From: Candidatus Xenobia bacterium
GTDB taxonomy: Bacteria; Vulcanimicrobiota; Xenobia; Xenobiales; QWHO01
DNA: 64,000 nt
Assembly (NCBI GenBank): GCA_045863235.1
Contig: BTUM01000015.1
Span: forward strand, 1-64,000
Direction: 5' to 3'
The notes under the pieces are model-generated. The model had not been told where the DNA came from and searched no databases. It saw only the letters and a program-made list of their open reading frames with translations. How positions within the stretch are numbered: the stretch's first letter is position 1; every line of letters begins with the position of its first letter. Shown here in pieces: positions 8,726 to 18,950 of the stretch. Made by a program: the position numbers and the translations under genes.

Positions 8726-10454
8726 AACGGTACTGGCGGGTGACATCGTCTGTCGGGTCCAGGGCCTCGTCGAGGAGATCGGGATCGATGAAGCGGATCT
8801 CGGGTCCGCCCTCGTGCATGCGAAGGAAGAGAAAGTCGCGCGGGCTGGGGGTTGGCCGGCCGGCTTTGCGCCACTGGCGGATGGCCAGGACCGCGGCTTC
8901 GCGCAGGTGAGCCCGGGCCAGCTCGCGCTCCTCGACCTCCGGGAAGTGCTCGCGACCCCAGTCCAGGGCGGCGTAGAGCTCGGGGAGACGGGCCGCGGTC
9001 GCCCGCAGGAGGGTCAGCCGTTCCGGCCCCGGGCGAGCCACCACCACCAGCCCTCGGGGCAAGAGGTCCTCGTCAGGATCGAGCACCTGCTTGTCGCCGT
9101 CACGCCGGGTGAGGAAGACCTGCGGCGGGTCCAGGGGAGGCCGGGCCGCCACCCCCAGCTCGCCCGGCAGGCCGGTCAGGAAGCGCCGGGCCAGGTAGCG
9201 ATCGGGAGGGAGGCGCGGGGAGAGGCCTCGCTCGCCGGTCAGATGGCAGCCCTCGGTGGAGAAGTGGACCAGGGCCTGGTCCGGGAAGAATGTATCCAGG
9301 ACGTCGGCCGCCGGGCCCGTCGGACGCAGCATCACCACGCTGCCGTCTTCCAGCTCACGGCTTCGCTCTTGTGGTGCCTGGGTGACCGGCAGGTAGCCGG
9401 TCCGGACGTAAATGGGCAGCACCTCTCCCAGCGAGGCCAGGCTACCGTCGGCCCGGGAGAGCACCGGGAGGTCCCAGAATTCGTGCGCCAACTCGGTCCA
9501 GGGGCCCAATGCCACGTTGCGGCCCGAAAGCTCGGTGGGACCGAGGCGCCTCCTCAAGCGTCGGATGAGAGGCTCGAGGTGGGCGTGGTAGCTCGGCGCA
9601 TTTTCGCGCATCAAGCCCAGGGCCAGGCGGTCGAGTTCGACGGCCACCCGGTCGATCAGTTGCTGCAGGGCCTGGTCGCGCACCAGGGTCGACTGGGAGA
9701 GCTCCTTGCGCAGGCCCTGAGCTTGCGCGATCACCACCGCTCCCGGGTACTCCAGACCGGTATCCTCGAGCACGAAGCTGACCTGATTCAAGATGACCGT
9801 GAAGGTCGGCTGGCTGCGCGGCAGGCGCACCAGAGCCACCAGGGCTCGAAGGTCCTCGAGTTCGACCTGGGCTTCGGCGTTGTGGGCCTGGACGCTCACG
9901 TTGAGCGGGCGGCCCTCCAGGAAGATCTTGACCGGCCCCTGCGAGCAGCGCTCCTCCAGAAAGGCCACGATGCGCCTGTCGGGCCCGGTGAATCGGCGCC
10001 AGAGGGGCACTTTCTCGCGCACCACGATGCGGTTGCGGTCCTCGCACTGGCGGGGCTCGATGGTCAGGCTGCTGCGGTCGAGCTGCAGGCGCACGCGGCT
10101 CGACTCCACCTGCATGGCCAGGAGATCCAACCCGCGGCAGGCCGAAAGGCCGATGGACAGCTCGCTCACGGCCGGCGGAGTCTGTCGATCGAAAGGGTCG
10201 AACAGTCCCAGCACATCCTCCATGGTCAGGGGCCGGCCATCCCACTCCATGCGAAACAGGCCTGCCTCCAGGCTCAGGTCGATGCGCTCGGCCCCCGTCA
10301 AGGTTGCTCCGGCTATCAGGTTGAGCACGAAGGCGCGGGGCTCGGCCAGCTGGTAGCGCTGCATCTTCTCCAGCGCTCTGGCCAGGTCGAGTGTGAACCG
10401 CCCGCAGGAGTCAACCCTCCCTTCCGTGCGCAGCTCGCTCAGCAGCCTATCCAC
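8721..10454 (-). CDS. hypothetical protein, possibly with a degenerate GHKL/HSP90-like N-terminus
   Basis: GRFTLD..RALEKMQRYQL.EP..FVLNLI N-terminal pattern; GTG start overlaps the upstream stop. Confidence 0.6.
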   Translation of the reverse strand: MDRLLSELRTEGRVDSCGRFTLDLARALEKMQRYQLAEPRAFVLNLIAGATLTGAERIDLSLEAGLFRMEWDGRPLTMEDVLGLFDPFDRQTPPAVSELSIGLSACRGLDLLAMQVESSRVRLQLDRSSLTIEPRQCEDRNRIVVREKVPLWRRFTGPDRRIVAFLEERCSQGPVKIFLEGRPLNVSVQAHNAEAQVELEDLRALVALVRLPRSQPTFTVILNQVSFVLEDTGLEYPGAVVIAQAQGLRKELSQSTLVRDQALQQLIDRVAVELDRLALGLMRENAPSYHAHLEPLIRRLRRRLGPTELSGRNVALGPWTELAHEFWDLPVLSRADGSLASLGEVLPIYVRTGYLPVTQAPQERSRELEDGSVVMLRPTGPAADVLDTFFPDQALVHFSTEGCHLTGERGLSPRLPPDRYLARRFLTGLPGELGVAARPPLDPPQVFLTRRDGDKQVLDPDEDLLPRGLVVVARPGPERLTLLRATAARLPELYAALDWGREHFPEVEERELARAHLREAAVLAIRQWRKAGRPTPSPRDFLFLRMHEGGPEIRFIDPDLLDEALDPTDDVTRQYRC

Positions 10455-11433
10455 GCCAGACCTCGGGGTTGACCATGTGCTCGGGCGGGCGGCCCTCCAG
10501 CGCATCGATCAGGTTTCTGGCAGCCAGGCTGGCCATCTTGCTGCGGGTGGCATGGCTGGCGCTGGCGATGTGGGGAGCGAGCAACACGTTGGGCAGCTCG
10601 AGGAGCTCTTTGGGAACGTGAGGCTCGCGCTCGTAGACGTCCAGCGCTGCCCCCGCCAGCCGACCCGACTGCAGGGCCCGGATCAGGGCCTGCTCGTCCA
10701 CCACGCAGCCCCGGCTGGTGTTGATCAGGAAGGCGGTCGGCTTCATCAGCGAGAGTCTGCGCTCGTCCACCAGGTGATGGGTGGCGGGAATGGCGGGAGG
10801 GTGCAAGCTCACGAAATCGGCCCGCTGGAAAAGCTCGTCCAGATCCACCCACTGGGCGCTGCGCAACAGGCCGAACTCCTCGGGGTTCTCCAGTCGGCGC
10901 GAGGGGGAGTAGAGCAGCACGCGCATCTTGAAGCCGGCAGCCCGGCGGGCTACCGCCCAGCCGATGCGGCCGGAGCCCACCACGCCCAGAGTGGATCCGG
11001 CCAGGTCGGTGCCCAGCAGCATGAGCGGCCCCCAGGCGTTGAACCTGCCCTCGCGCACCAGTCGGTCGCCTTCCACCACCCGGCGGGCCAGGGCCAGCAT
11101 CAGGGCCCAGGTGAAGTCGGCCGTGGTCTCGGTCAGCACCCCTGGCGTGTTGGTGACCAGAATGCCCCGCCGGGTGGCCTCGAGCACATCCACGTTGTCG
11201 TGGCCCACGGCGTGGTTGGAGATGACCTTCAGAGCCGGCCCGGCTGCCTCCATGACCTCGGCGTCCATACGCTCGGTCAGAAGCGAGAGGATGCCGGTGC
11301 AGCCGGCTACCGCCCGAAGCAGCTCGGCCCGATCGGGAAGTCCCTCGGCTTCCGGCACGGTGTAGCTCAGGCCGGCTCGGTCGAGTAGCTCCAGGCCGGC
11401 CCGGGGGATCGGTCGGGTAACGTGAACGCGCAT
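10447..11433 (-). CDS. D-2-hydroxyacid dehydrogenase (glyoxylate reductase/D-glycerate dehydrogenase)
   Basis: VGHDNVD, NTPGVLTETTAD, GSGRIG, INTSRG, LDVYEREP and PHIASAS motifs. Confidence 0.93.
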   Translation of the reverse strand: MRVHVTRPIPRAGLELLDRAGLSYTVPEAEGLPDRAELLRAVAGCTGILSLLTERMDAEVMEAAGPALKVISNHAVGHDNVDVLEATRRGILVTNTPGVLTETTADFTWALMLALARRVVEGDRLVREGRFNAWGPLMLLGTDLAGSTLGVVGSGRIGWAVARRAAGFKMRVLLYSPSRRLENPEEFGLLRSAQWVDLDELFQRADFVSLHPPAIPATHHLVDERRLSLMKPTAFLINTSRGCVVDEQALIRALQSGRLAGAALDVYEREPHVPKELLELPNVLLAPHIASASHATRSKMASLAARNLIDALEGRPPEHMVNPEVWRG

Positions 11434-11473
11434 CGGGACAAGCTTCGAGTCCCCTCCGGGGGCACCTTCGGGC

Positions 11474-12058
11474 TCAAGTTTGGACAGCCAGCCGGACGCC
11501 CCCCATCACCAGCGCATTGCCCACCATGCCCACGGCTGCACCGGTGCAAAGCTCCTCGTTCTGGCGTCGCAGGAGAGCCTCCGCCTGGGAAGCCAGGTCG
11601 GCGCGCTTGAGATGGCCCAGGCCGAGCTCGCAGCTCTGGCCACGCTCGTTGCGCACGGTGGCCAGCTCGTTCCCGTTGCGCTCTGTGCGGATTCCCACAA
11701 CTTGAGCCTGGGAGTCCTTGAAAACGGAGTTGATGTGGTCGCCCAGATAGGGGGTGATCAGGTTGACCAGCGCCCCCTGCCCGGGGACGCTGCACAGGTT
11801 GAAGGCCGGCAGGCCGCGCACAAACGGATTCTGGGCCGCGCTCTTGAGCACGTTCACGTTGATGCTCGTGACCTCGCCTCGCAGGTTGACCAGCCTGGCC
11901 AGGCATCCCTGGAGATTCTCGATCCCGGCCGGCACCTCGAAGAATCCATCCGAGCGGGGGAAATCGCAGGAATAGTCCACCCAGTCTCCGGGCTTGAGCG
12001 TGCCGCGATAACGCTCCGAGCGAAGGTCAGGTCCGCCGCCACCATCGTTGATCCTCAT
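11474..12058 (-). CDS. hypothetical protein with a C-terminal hydrophobic segment
   Basis: 194-aa ORF with a TAGACT box 6 nt before the ATG. Confidence 0.65.
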   Translation of the reverse strand: MRINDGGGGPDLRSERYRGTLKPGDWVDYSCDFPRSDGFFEVPAGIENLQGCLARLVNLRGEVTSINVNVLKSAAQNPFVRGLPAFNLCSVPGQGALVNLITPYLGDHINSVFKDSQAQVVGIRTERNGNELATVRNERGQSCELGLGHLKRADLASQAEALLRRQNEELCTGAAVGMVGNALVMGGVRLAVQT

Positions 12059-12064
12059 GGCTTC

Positions 12065-12088
12065 AGTCTAAGGATTGGTCCTTAGATT
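12065..12088. promoter_or_regulatory. palindromic operator overlapping a -10 box
   Basis: TCTAAGGA-TTGG-TCCTTAGA at 12067-12086. Confidence 0.5.
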
Positions 12089-12161
12089 CTTCTGAATCTC
12101 TCCAGCGTCTATCAGTTCAGGCTTCTTTCAGGCGTGGGGGCGAAATTCTCAGCCCCGGGCC

Positions 12162-13172
12162 TCAGGGCCGACCTGGAGCTGTCCGGAGCGAGCTCTGAAG
12201 AAAGCTTTCGACTTCACGCGTGGAGAGCTGCCCCGACGGGCCGCTGAAGTTGACATCGAAGCCATGATTGGCCCAGGGGTAGATCACCAGGCGGGCTCCG
12301 CGACTCTTCTGCATCGTGAGGCTCTGCTCGGCATAAACGATGTCGTCACGGCCGCCGTGGAGGATCAGGACGGGCGGCAGGGGGTCCGGAGCGCAAATCG
12401 GGGAGGCTTGCACAAAAACATCGAGTCTGTCCTCGGGCGTGCCACCCAGAAAGTCCCGGATCGCCTTGCCGGTATCCAGCACCATCGGGTTCCCCGGGTG
12501 CTCGTAACTCCAGACCATGTCGCTGGGTCCGTAGAAGTTGACCACGCCCGCGTCGCGGTGCTGGAAGCAGGCCAGCATCGCCAGGTGGCCGCCGGCCGAG
12601 CGCCCGAGCCAGACGAATCGCTCGAAACCGCGTTGCCCGAGAAACTCGCGGGCGCTGCTCAGGTCCTCGAGCTGCGTTGGAAACTTGAACTCCGGCGCCA
12701 GGCGGTAGTCCACTGAAGCCAGGGGATAGCCGCGCGAAGCCAGGTAGCCGTTCAGGCCGGCAAACTCGGTCCGGTTGCCGCGCGCCCAGGCGCCCCCGTG
12801 CACGGACACGATGCAGGTCTTGCCGGGCTCGGCCTCAGGCGGAAGATAAAGGTCGAGCTTGCGCCCCGGCGCGTACTCCAGCGTCTCCACGCGATGCGGC
12901 CCCACCGGGACTCCCGTGAAGAGGTGCGCGAGCGACACGGGTCCTTGCGCGAGGGCGCGCCCTACCGGCAAGAGGGCGATCAACCCGGCCAGAGCCACCA
13001 GGGCCGTTTCGCGGCGCCGCCCCATCATCAGCGCGATCCCCAGACAGACCACGGCGAGCCAGTGGCCCCACTCGGTCACCCCGATGCCGAGCTCCCAGGC
13101 GAACGGGACCGGCCAGGTCAACAAGCTCTGGGAGGCGAGCCAGAGCAACACCCCCCCGATGATGTAGCGCAT
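12162..13172 (-). CDS. membrane-anchored alpha/beta hydrolase (HSL-type esterase/lipase)
   Basis: HGGAW, GRSAGG, HGGRDD and NHGF motifs; N-terminal hydrophobic helices. Confidence 0.88.
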   Translation of the reverse strand: MRYIIGGVLLWLASQSLLTWPVPFAWELGIGVTEWGHWLAVVCLGIALMMGRRRETALVALAGLIALLPVGRALAQGPVSLAHLFTGVPVGPHRVETLEYAPGRKLDLYLPPEAEPGKTCIVSVHGGAWARGNRTEFAGLNGYLASRGYPLASVDYRLAPEFKFPTQLEDLSSAREFLGQRGFERFVWLGRSAGGHLAMLACFQHRDAGVVNFYGPSDMVWSYEHPGNPMVLDTGKAIRDFLGGTPEDRLDVFVQASPICAPDPLPPVLILHGGRDDIVYAEQSLTMQKSRGARLVIYPWANHGFDVNFSGPSGQLSTREVESFLQSSLRTAPGRP

Positions 13173-13222
13173 GGTCGGCGCCTTCTCGTCCCCGGCTCTG
13201 GTCCCTGTCGAGCGCAGGATGA

Positions 13223-13630
13223 TCAGTTCCGCGGACGATGCAACTTGACCCCTAGCTTGGCGGAATACAATTCGAAGTCATTGTCGGTGGTGAAGACCGG
13301 GATGTCGCGCTCCAGAGAAAAGGCGCACAGAACAAAATCTGTATTGGAGCCCTGGATACCGGCCGCGCGACACTCTATAAAACAGCTCGCTGCCAGTTCG
13401 AAATCCCGCGTCGTCAATGATTCGTCTGGAAAGGCTCGCAGCTTCAATCTTAGCTTTTCAGACTGGTCGGGGATGAAGATCCCCGAAAGCAGTTCCTGGC
13501 GAATCGGCCCGACCAGACAGGAGCGGCTTTCCTGGATGAGCTCGCGCAACTCCATGACGACCGCGCCAGCCTCAACCTTCTTACGACGAAAGGCCAGCGA
13601 CCAGACACTGGTATCCACGAGTACTTTCAA
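13223..13630 (-). CDS. vapC: PIN-domain toxin VapC
   Basis: VLVDTSVW...QELLSG...TDFVLC...FTTDNDF. Confidence 0.9.
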   Translation of the reverse strand: MKVLVDTSVWSLAFRRKKVEAGAVVMELRELIQESRSCLVGPIRQELLSGIFIPDQSEKLRLKLRAFPDESLTTRDFELAASCFIECRAAGIQGSNTDFVLCAFSLERDIPVFTTDNDFELYSAKLGVKLHRPRN

Positions 13631-13827
13631 CTCTTTCTGCGCTGGGCCTTGTAATCGTAGTCGGGAGCGAAATCGAGCTCTCCGAACAACTCGACAATTT
13701 CCAACTGCTTGCGCCGCTGGATGTATTCTCGGAGGGCCTCGTTTACAGTGGCTTTCTTGGTACGATGGCCCCCGACGCGCAGGGCCTCCTCAAGCAGCTC
13801 ATCGTCAATGGCGAGGTTTGTTGGCAT
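13627..13827 (-). CDS. vapB: VapB antitoxin
   Basis: MPTNLAIDDELLEEA...TKKATVNEALREYI; 4-nt overlap with vapC. Confidence 0.9.
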   Translation of the reverse strand: MPTNLAIDDELLEEALRVGGHRTKKATVNEALREYIQRRKQLEIVELFGELDFAPDYDYKAQRRKS

Positions 13828-13837
13828 CTCACACAAA

Positions 13838-13866
13838 AGTCTACACAAGCAATCACCCCTCGTCAA
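13838..13866 (-). promoter_or_regulatory. sigma70-type promoter of vapBC
   Basis: TTGACG-N17-TAGACT; TTGTGT direct repeats flank the -10. Confidence 0.7.
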
Positions 13867-14083
13867 GCTCGCGACGGAGACTGCAGTGGCGTTACCCCGT
13901 GGTGAACAGGTCTTGGCCAAGATGATGCTGTTCGACGAACCGGCGCCGACCTGTCGAGCCTGCAAAGGGTTGACCGGCCTGAATTGTGAAGGGCCGATAA
14001 CGAGTTGTGAGCCAGCTCACTGTCGCAGGTCTGTCGGGTGGAGTTCAATCAAGCCACCAAGTGAGTAAGGTGACCCGTCCAAG

Positions 14084-16942
14084 ATGAGAAGATCGAGAGC
14101 AGGCAACCTGCTGGTAACCGTGATGGCCGTCATGTTCGTGCTGGCCACCCTGGCCATGGGCCTGCACTGGCAGCAGGCCCGGGCCCGGGCCGCCTACCTG
14201 CGCGAAGAGTCAGCCGTCCAGGCCCGCCAGTCGGTCGAGTTCAAGCTGGCCGACGAGATGACCACGCTTCCCCTGACCCCGCCGGAGGTGCAGGTCAAGG
14301 CCAGCCAGCAGAGCTCCCCCCCCTACGACCTCAAGTTCGGGTCCAGGCTCTACACCGGTCTTCCTGCCCTGAACGCCTCCGAGCCGGTCAGCTGGGATCC
14401 CGCGCGCCAGGCGCTGCCGGGCCCCGAGTGGCGCTCGCTCAAGCCGACCACCCTCAATCCCTCTCTGATGGCCCCGGCCAGCCGGCGCTTCCTGGCCGTC
14501 ACCAGCCCCACCCTCCCGTACGGCGTCCTGGCCCCTCAGGGCGCCGTCTCGCTCGAGAGCGCCGCGGGCTGGTCCAACCCCACCTTCCCCGAGACGGTGG
14601 GCAAGGATGCCCGCATCATGTTTTCGGCCGTGCCCGTGAAGCTGGGGGCCGGCACCGGCCTCTCCGCTAAGACGGTGCACTACGGCGAGGTCTACCTCAA
14701 GGCCGGCCCGCTCGACCTCGAGCAGGGCAGCGTGGTGGCCTTCCAGGGCTACCTGCCCTGCACTCGCCGCGATGGTAAGGAGTACAACGCGGCTCTGGGC
14801 GAGCAGATCCAGAACGCCTACTCGGTGCTCTCGGTGCGCGGTCAGAACAAGACCGACTCGATCAAGGGCTCTCTGCCCGGCCTGGATGACATCTGGGACC
14901 TCATCACCGGAAGCAAGAGCTTCGAGTCCATCTTCGGCTCAGCCCTGAGCTTGCGCCAGTCGCTCGAGTTTCCGTTCCCCATGATCCCCGGTGGCAACGA
15001 GCTGGGCATCGTGACCAACATCTGGCTGCACATGCCCTATCCGCCCGACGGCGCCGTCAGCGGCTCGGCCGCCGAGCTCAACGCTCAAAACGACAAGCTC
15101 AAAGAGATCACCGACAAGATGGCCCTCAAGCAGAAAGAGATCGAAGAGCTAGAGGCCAAAATTCCAACCCTGGATCCCGGTCCCGAGCGGGACGCTGCCA
15201 TCATGCAACTGGCTGCCCTCAAGGCCGAGATGGAGGACCTGGTCGACGACGCCCAGGAGATCGGCGAGCAGAACGCCGACAAGCTCAAGCAGGACATCCA
15301 GAGCTCCAACCCCGACGACGATGGGCCCGATACGCGCGCCGACGAGGGCGGTCTGGGCGAGGACGGCCAGATGGGCTGGGCCTACTCCAAGGTGTTCGAG
15401 AAGATCCTGGGCATCCTGGGCGACCTGGTGACTGGCGATTTCGAGGGCCTGGCCAATCAGTTCTTGCACCGGGTGCGGGTGGTCCACTTCGGCCCCAAAG
15501 ACAACAAGACCACCTTCAACATCACCGACGGCAGCTTTGACTGCCCGGCCACCCTGAACGTGCCCTCAGGTCGCGCTCTGCGCTTCGACGGCAACCTCAC
15601 CGTGCGCGGTGATCTCTGGATCCAGAAGGGCGGAAGCCTGACGGTCAATGGCGACCTGACCCTGATCAGTCCGCTGGTGGCCCCCTCCGACGACCTCTTG
15701 ACCCCTCAGGGCCGGCTTTGCCTGGAAGAGGGTGCCACCGTGCTGGTGAGCGGCGACTTCACCTGCGCCGGCTCGCCCGAGGCGGGCTCGGTGCTGGTGG
15801 CCGGGCCGGTCAACCAGGTGCACCCCGTCACCTCGGGTTTGCTGGTGCAGGGCGACGTGACCATCCCCTACGGGGTCTACCCGGCCATGACTCTGGACGG
15901 CCTGGCCACCCTGGTCCCGGCCCTGGCCGAGGCCAGCACGGCTCTGACCACGGTCTCGAGCAACCTGGCCAAAGCGGCGGGACCCTTCCATCGCCGCAAA
16001 CCCTACTTTGCCCGCTATGCAACGACCTTCCAGATCGTGAAATGGCCCTTCCCGCCGGCCATCATCCCCATGGCCGTGCCGCTGCCCACCCCCAAGAACG
16101 TGCTCAACCCGATGTTCAGCTCGATTGCCACCATTTACCAGGTGCAGCTCAACCTGGTGCTGGGCGAGAACTTCGTCACCTTCACCGACTGGTGGATCCT
16201 GGGCAAGGGCGTGGTGCCCATGCTGCCCAAGGTCGATCCGGCTGCCCTGGCCGGGCTCAGTAGCCTCAGCCTGCCGGTGCTGCCCGAGCCCGAGGACGTG
16301 GTCGACTACGTCAAGGACTACGCCCTGGACGCCGGCAAGGACATGATCGCCGACCTGATGTCCAAGGTGGTCACCTCGCTCATTCAGAGCCAGCTGGGCT
16401 TTCCCATGTCACTGGTGGGCGACTTCGCCGGCTCGGCCGTGGCCGAGCTGACCAAATGGGTGACCGAGGCCGACGATGCCCAGAAGCTCGGTGGCTCAGG
16501 CGGCAAGATGGCCCTCGACTCGCTGGCCGATCAGATCGAGAGCCTGCTCAACGGAGGTGCGGTCAAGCCGCTCCTGGCCGAGTGCACGGGCGTTCTGATC
16601 TACTCGGGCGGCGACCTGCGAGTCAACTCCTCGGGCCTGGTGGTGCCCGTGGCGGTGGGCTTCCTGGTGGCTCGGGGCAATGTCTCCTGCAGCACCGAGT
16701 ACCTGGTGGGCGCGGCCACCTCCGAGACCGGCTCGGTCACGGCCAGGAACTTGCTCTACGTTCCGGAGTTCACCCGCATCTCGCTCTATTTGCCCCGCAA
16801 CAACCCGAACCTGGTGGATACGGGGTTGGGCTGGCTGGACTGGGCCCTGGAGCCGGCATACGGCAAGGAGTTCGACAGCCAGCAGTCGGTCGAGATCGGA
16901 CCCGCCCGGCCGCATACCCTGACCGACAGCTGGGATAACTAG
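14084..16942 (+). CDS. large PilX-like protein with a prepilin-type N-terminus and coiled-coil insert
   Basis: MRRSRAG|NLLVTVMAVMFVL leader; GNLTVRGDL/GSLTVNGDL beta-repeats; charged heptad segment. Confidence 0.65.
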   Translation: MRRSRAGNLLVTVMAVMFVLATLAMGLHWQQARARAAYLREESAVQARQSVEFKLADEMTTLPLTPPEVQVKASQQSSPPYDLKFGSRLYTGLPALNASEPVSWDPARQALPGPEWRSLKPTTLNPSLMAPASRRFLAVTSPTLPYGVLAPQGAVSLESAAGWSNPTFPETVGKDARIMFSAVPVKLGAGTGLSAKTVHYGEVYLKAGPLDLEQGSVVAFQGYLPCTRRDGKEYNAALGEQIQNAYSVLSVRGQNKTDSIKGSLPGLDDIWDLITGSKSFESIFGSALSLRQSLEFPFPMIPGGNELGIVTNIWLHMPYPPDGAVSGSAAELNAQNDKLKEITDKMALKQKEIEELEAKIPTLDPGPERDAAIMQLAALKAEMEDLVDDAQEIGEQNADKLKQDIQSSNPDDDGPDTRADEGGLGEDGQMGWAYSKVFEKILGILGDLVTGDFEGLANQFLHRVRVVHFGPKDNKTTFNITDGSFDCPATLNVPSGRALRFDGNLTVRGDLWIQKGGSLTVNGDLTLISPLVAPSDDLLTPQGRLCLEEGATVLVSGDFTCAGSPEAGSVLVAGPVNQVHPVTSGLLVQGDVTIPYGVYPAMTLDGLATLVPALAEASTALTTVSSNLAKAAGPFHRRKPYFARYATTFQIVKWPFPPAIIPMAVPLPTPKNVLNPMFSSIATIYQVQLNLVLGENFVTFTDWWILGKGVVPMLPKVDPAALAGLSSLSLPVLPEPEDVVDYVKDYALDAGKDMIADLMSKVVTSLIQSQLGFPMSLVGDFAGSAVAELTKWVTEADDAQKLGGSGGKMALDSLADQIESLLNGGAVKPLLAECTGVLIYSGGDLRVNSSGLVVPVAVGFLVARGNVSCSTEYLVGAATSETGSVTARNLLYVPEFTRISLYLPRNNPNLVDTGLGWLDWALEPAYGKEFDSQQSVEIGPARPHTLTDSWDN

Positions 16943-17688
16943 TCGCGCCGAAGCTGGCGGCTCTTGGAGTCGAGCAGGTCGCGCTCCTGGGCGCTGAGTG
17001 CTGCCAGCCCCTCTCGGGCGATCTTGTCCAGGATGCGGTCGATCTCTGTCTCTTCAAACGTGGTTGGCTCGGGATCGAGCCGACCGCCCTGAATGAGCAC
17101 GAAGCGTGGCTTCTCGCTGGCGGTTGCGATGCGGCTGGCCCACCACCAGCTCAACAAGGGTCCTGCCAGGGACGAGAGGCCGGGCAGAAAGCGCGCGTAG
17201 AAACCGCTCGAGAGTAGCACCAGGGCCAGGGTGCACCAGCGAAAGAAGCCGGGGCGCAGGGTGAACATGAACATGACCCGCAGCTGGTAGTCGGGGTGCA
17301 GGCTGATCCAGGCCATGGTCATGTTGGCCAGCACCGGGGCCGGTCCGGTCAGGGCGTGGCCGGTGGCGGTGTAGACCGCCAGATAGCTCACGGCCGAGCT
17401 ACCGGCCACGAAGCCGGCGTAGGACTTGCTGCCCCAGCGCCACTCCAGGTCGCCGCCCAGCCAGAACAAGACGATCAGGTAGACCGGCAGCAAGACGTTG
17501 AACCAGCCGAACAGCAGCCCCGGCTCGAGCAGGATGAACGTGACCAATGACCATGGTGCCCGGCGTGGATCGCCGGCCAGCTGATCGAGCACCGTGGCGG
17601 AGGGGGCGTTCCACCACCACACGACGTAGAGGACGAAGTTGGCCAGCACCAGGAAAGTGGTGACCGGCGTGGCCCGGATGCGCTTCAG
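16939..17688 (-). CDS. rhomboid-like membrane protein with a C-terminal DUF6576-like helix
   Basis: PWSLVTF, LEWRWGSK and EIDRILDKIAREG..ALS motifs; start probably CTG 17688 (first canonical start is GTG 17649). Confidence 0.75.
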   Translation of the reverse strand: MKRIRATPVTTFLVLANFVLYVVWWWNAPSATVLDQLAGDPRRAPWSLVTFILLEPGLLFGWFNVLLPVYLIVLFWLGGDLEWRWGSKSYAGFVAGSSAVSYLAVYTATGHALTGPAPVLANMTMAWISLHPDYQLRVMFMFTLRPGFFRWCTLALVLLSSGFYARFLPGLSSLAGPLLSWWWASRIATASEKPRFVLIQGGRLDPEPTTFEETEIDRILDKIAREGLAALSAQERDLLDSKSRQLRRD

Positions 17689-18620
17689 CTGAGGCTCACC
17701 TTGCGCCCGGGCTGGCGGAACTCACTGCGCGGGGCAGCCTCGATGTCCAGGGCCGGCTCCCGCTTGGGAGTGAGCAACCGGTAGCGGGCGCCCCCGGGCG
17801 TCTCGGTGTAGCCCAGGTCGGAGATGAGCGAGCCGAGCTGGTCGCGGTTGTCGCGCACCGAGCGGGTGTAGTCAATGGTCACGACGTGCATCTGTCCGCT
17901 GGCCAGCAAGACTTCGACCTTGAGAGTGCGATCTTGCATGCTGCAGCTCTGGATCTCGCCCGGAAGTGGAGTGAGCTTCTCGCCCACAGGATGGGTCTTG
18001 AGATGGGGCAGATGGCTCAGCTGAGCCTGCAGGTTGGAGGCTGGCTCGTGGGTGGCGGTCTGATCCGAGGCGGCCTCACGCAGAGCCAGCTCCATCTCCA
18101 CCACCGGCTGGACGAACTCGAGTCCGGCGCGATACTTGCCATCCTCGGCGTGATGGCGGCACCAGGCCACCCGGGCCTGGCAGGGCACGGGAGGGCCCGA
18201 CTCGGACAGGTTCAGGCTCAGCAGCAGCACCTGTCCGACCGGCAGGGGACCTTCGGTCTGCAGCTGTAACCCGCTCAGGCTGCAGTCGAGCGTGACAGCC
18301 TTGAAGTTGGGCAGGGCGGGGGAGGCCACCCCCGCTTTGTAGGGCACGCGGGTGGTCTGGCGCAGGGCCTCGGGGCCCTCTCCGGGCTCGGGCAGCGTCT
18401 CCTTCATCTCCAGGCCCTCGAGCACCGAGCCCACACCCAGGAAGCGCCCGTCGTCCAGGCTGCGGCAGGTCTTGATGCGCACTCGCACCGCGCGGGTCGT
18501 GCCGTCGCAAAGGTGCAGCACCAGCGGCTCGAGATAGCCAGGCACGAACGCTACCGGAGACAGGAAGACCAGTTCACCGTTCTCGTAGTGGATGGCGTCG
18601 GCGACGACCGCGTTGCTCAT
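17685..18620 (-). CDS. PilZ-domain (c-di-GMP receptor) protein
   Basis: RQTTR and DCSLSG motifs, ARVAWC...YRAGLEF. Confidence 0.82.
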   Translation of the reverse strand: MSNAVVADAIHYENGELVFLSPVAFVPGYLEPLVLHLCDGTTRAVRVRIKTCRSLDDGRFLGVGSVLEGLEMKETLPEPGEGPEALRQTTRVPYKAGVASPALPNFKAVTLDCSLSGLQLQTEGPLPVGQVLLLSLNLSESGPPVPCQARVAWCRHHAEDGKYRAGLEFVQPVVEMELALREAASDQTATHEPASNLQAQLSHLPHLKTHPVGEKLTPLPGEIQSCSMQDRTLKVEVLLASGQMHVVTIDYTRSVRDNRDQLGSLISDLGYTETPGGARYRLLTPKREPALDIEAAPRSEFRQPGRKVSLS

Positions 18621-18911
18621 GTGCTCTGCTCCCCGGACAAGTCTGTCCCTGGAGGTTCGTGGGCCTGGGAGGCTCGACCTTCGCCGCGGGCTCCCCGCAA
18701 GGAGAACGGCGCCGGAAAAAAGGAGCCCCTCGGGAACCGTCGGGGGGAGACGGGTCGCCCGAGAGGCAAGCGGGGTTGGCGTTTTCAGGGAACCACCTTG
18801 AGCTCGCTGATGATCGGCCTGGCTGGCTTTGACCAGGCCCTTCGCACCTCGAAGTATGACAGTCAGCGGTGAAGATCCACCACGCTCAAGATGAAGACAT
18901 GGTGAAAGGTA

Positions 18912-18950
18912 TTTACTGGTTAATGTGCATATGTTATAAACAATGCACAT
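18912..18950 (+). promoter_or_regulatory. sigma70-type promoter with palindromic operator for the ABC/HlyD/TolC operon
   Basis: TTTACT-N17-TATAAA; inverted repeat ATGTGCAT...ATGCACAT at 18923-18950 in an AT-rich patch. Confidence 0.75.

Noticed and set aside
13993..14000. GCCGATAA, a perfect sigma28 -10 box upstream of the PilX-like gene
   Set aside because: No TAAA-like -35 lies at the expected 15-nt spacing, so it is not supported as a promoter.
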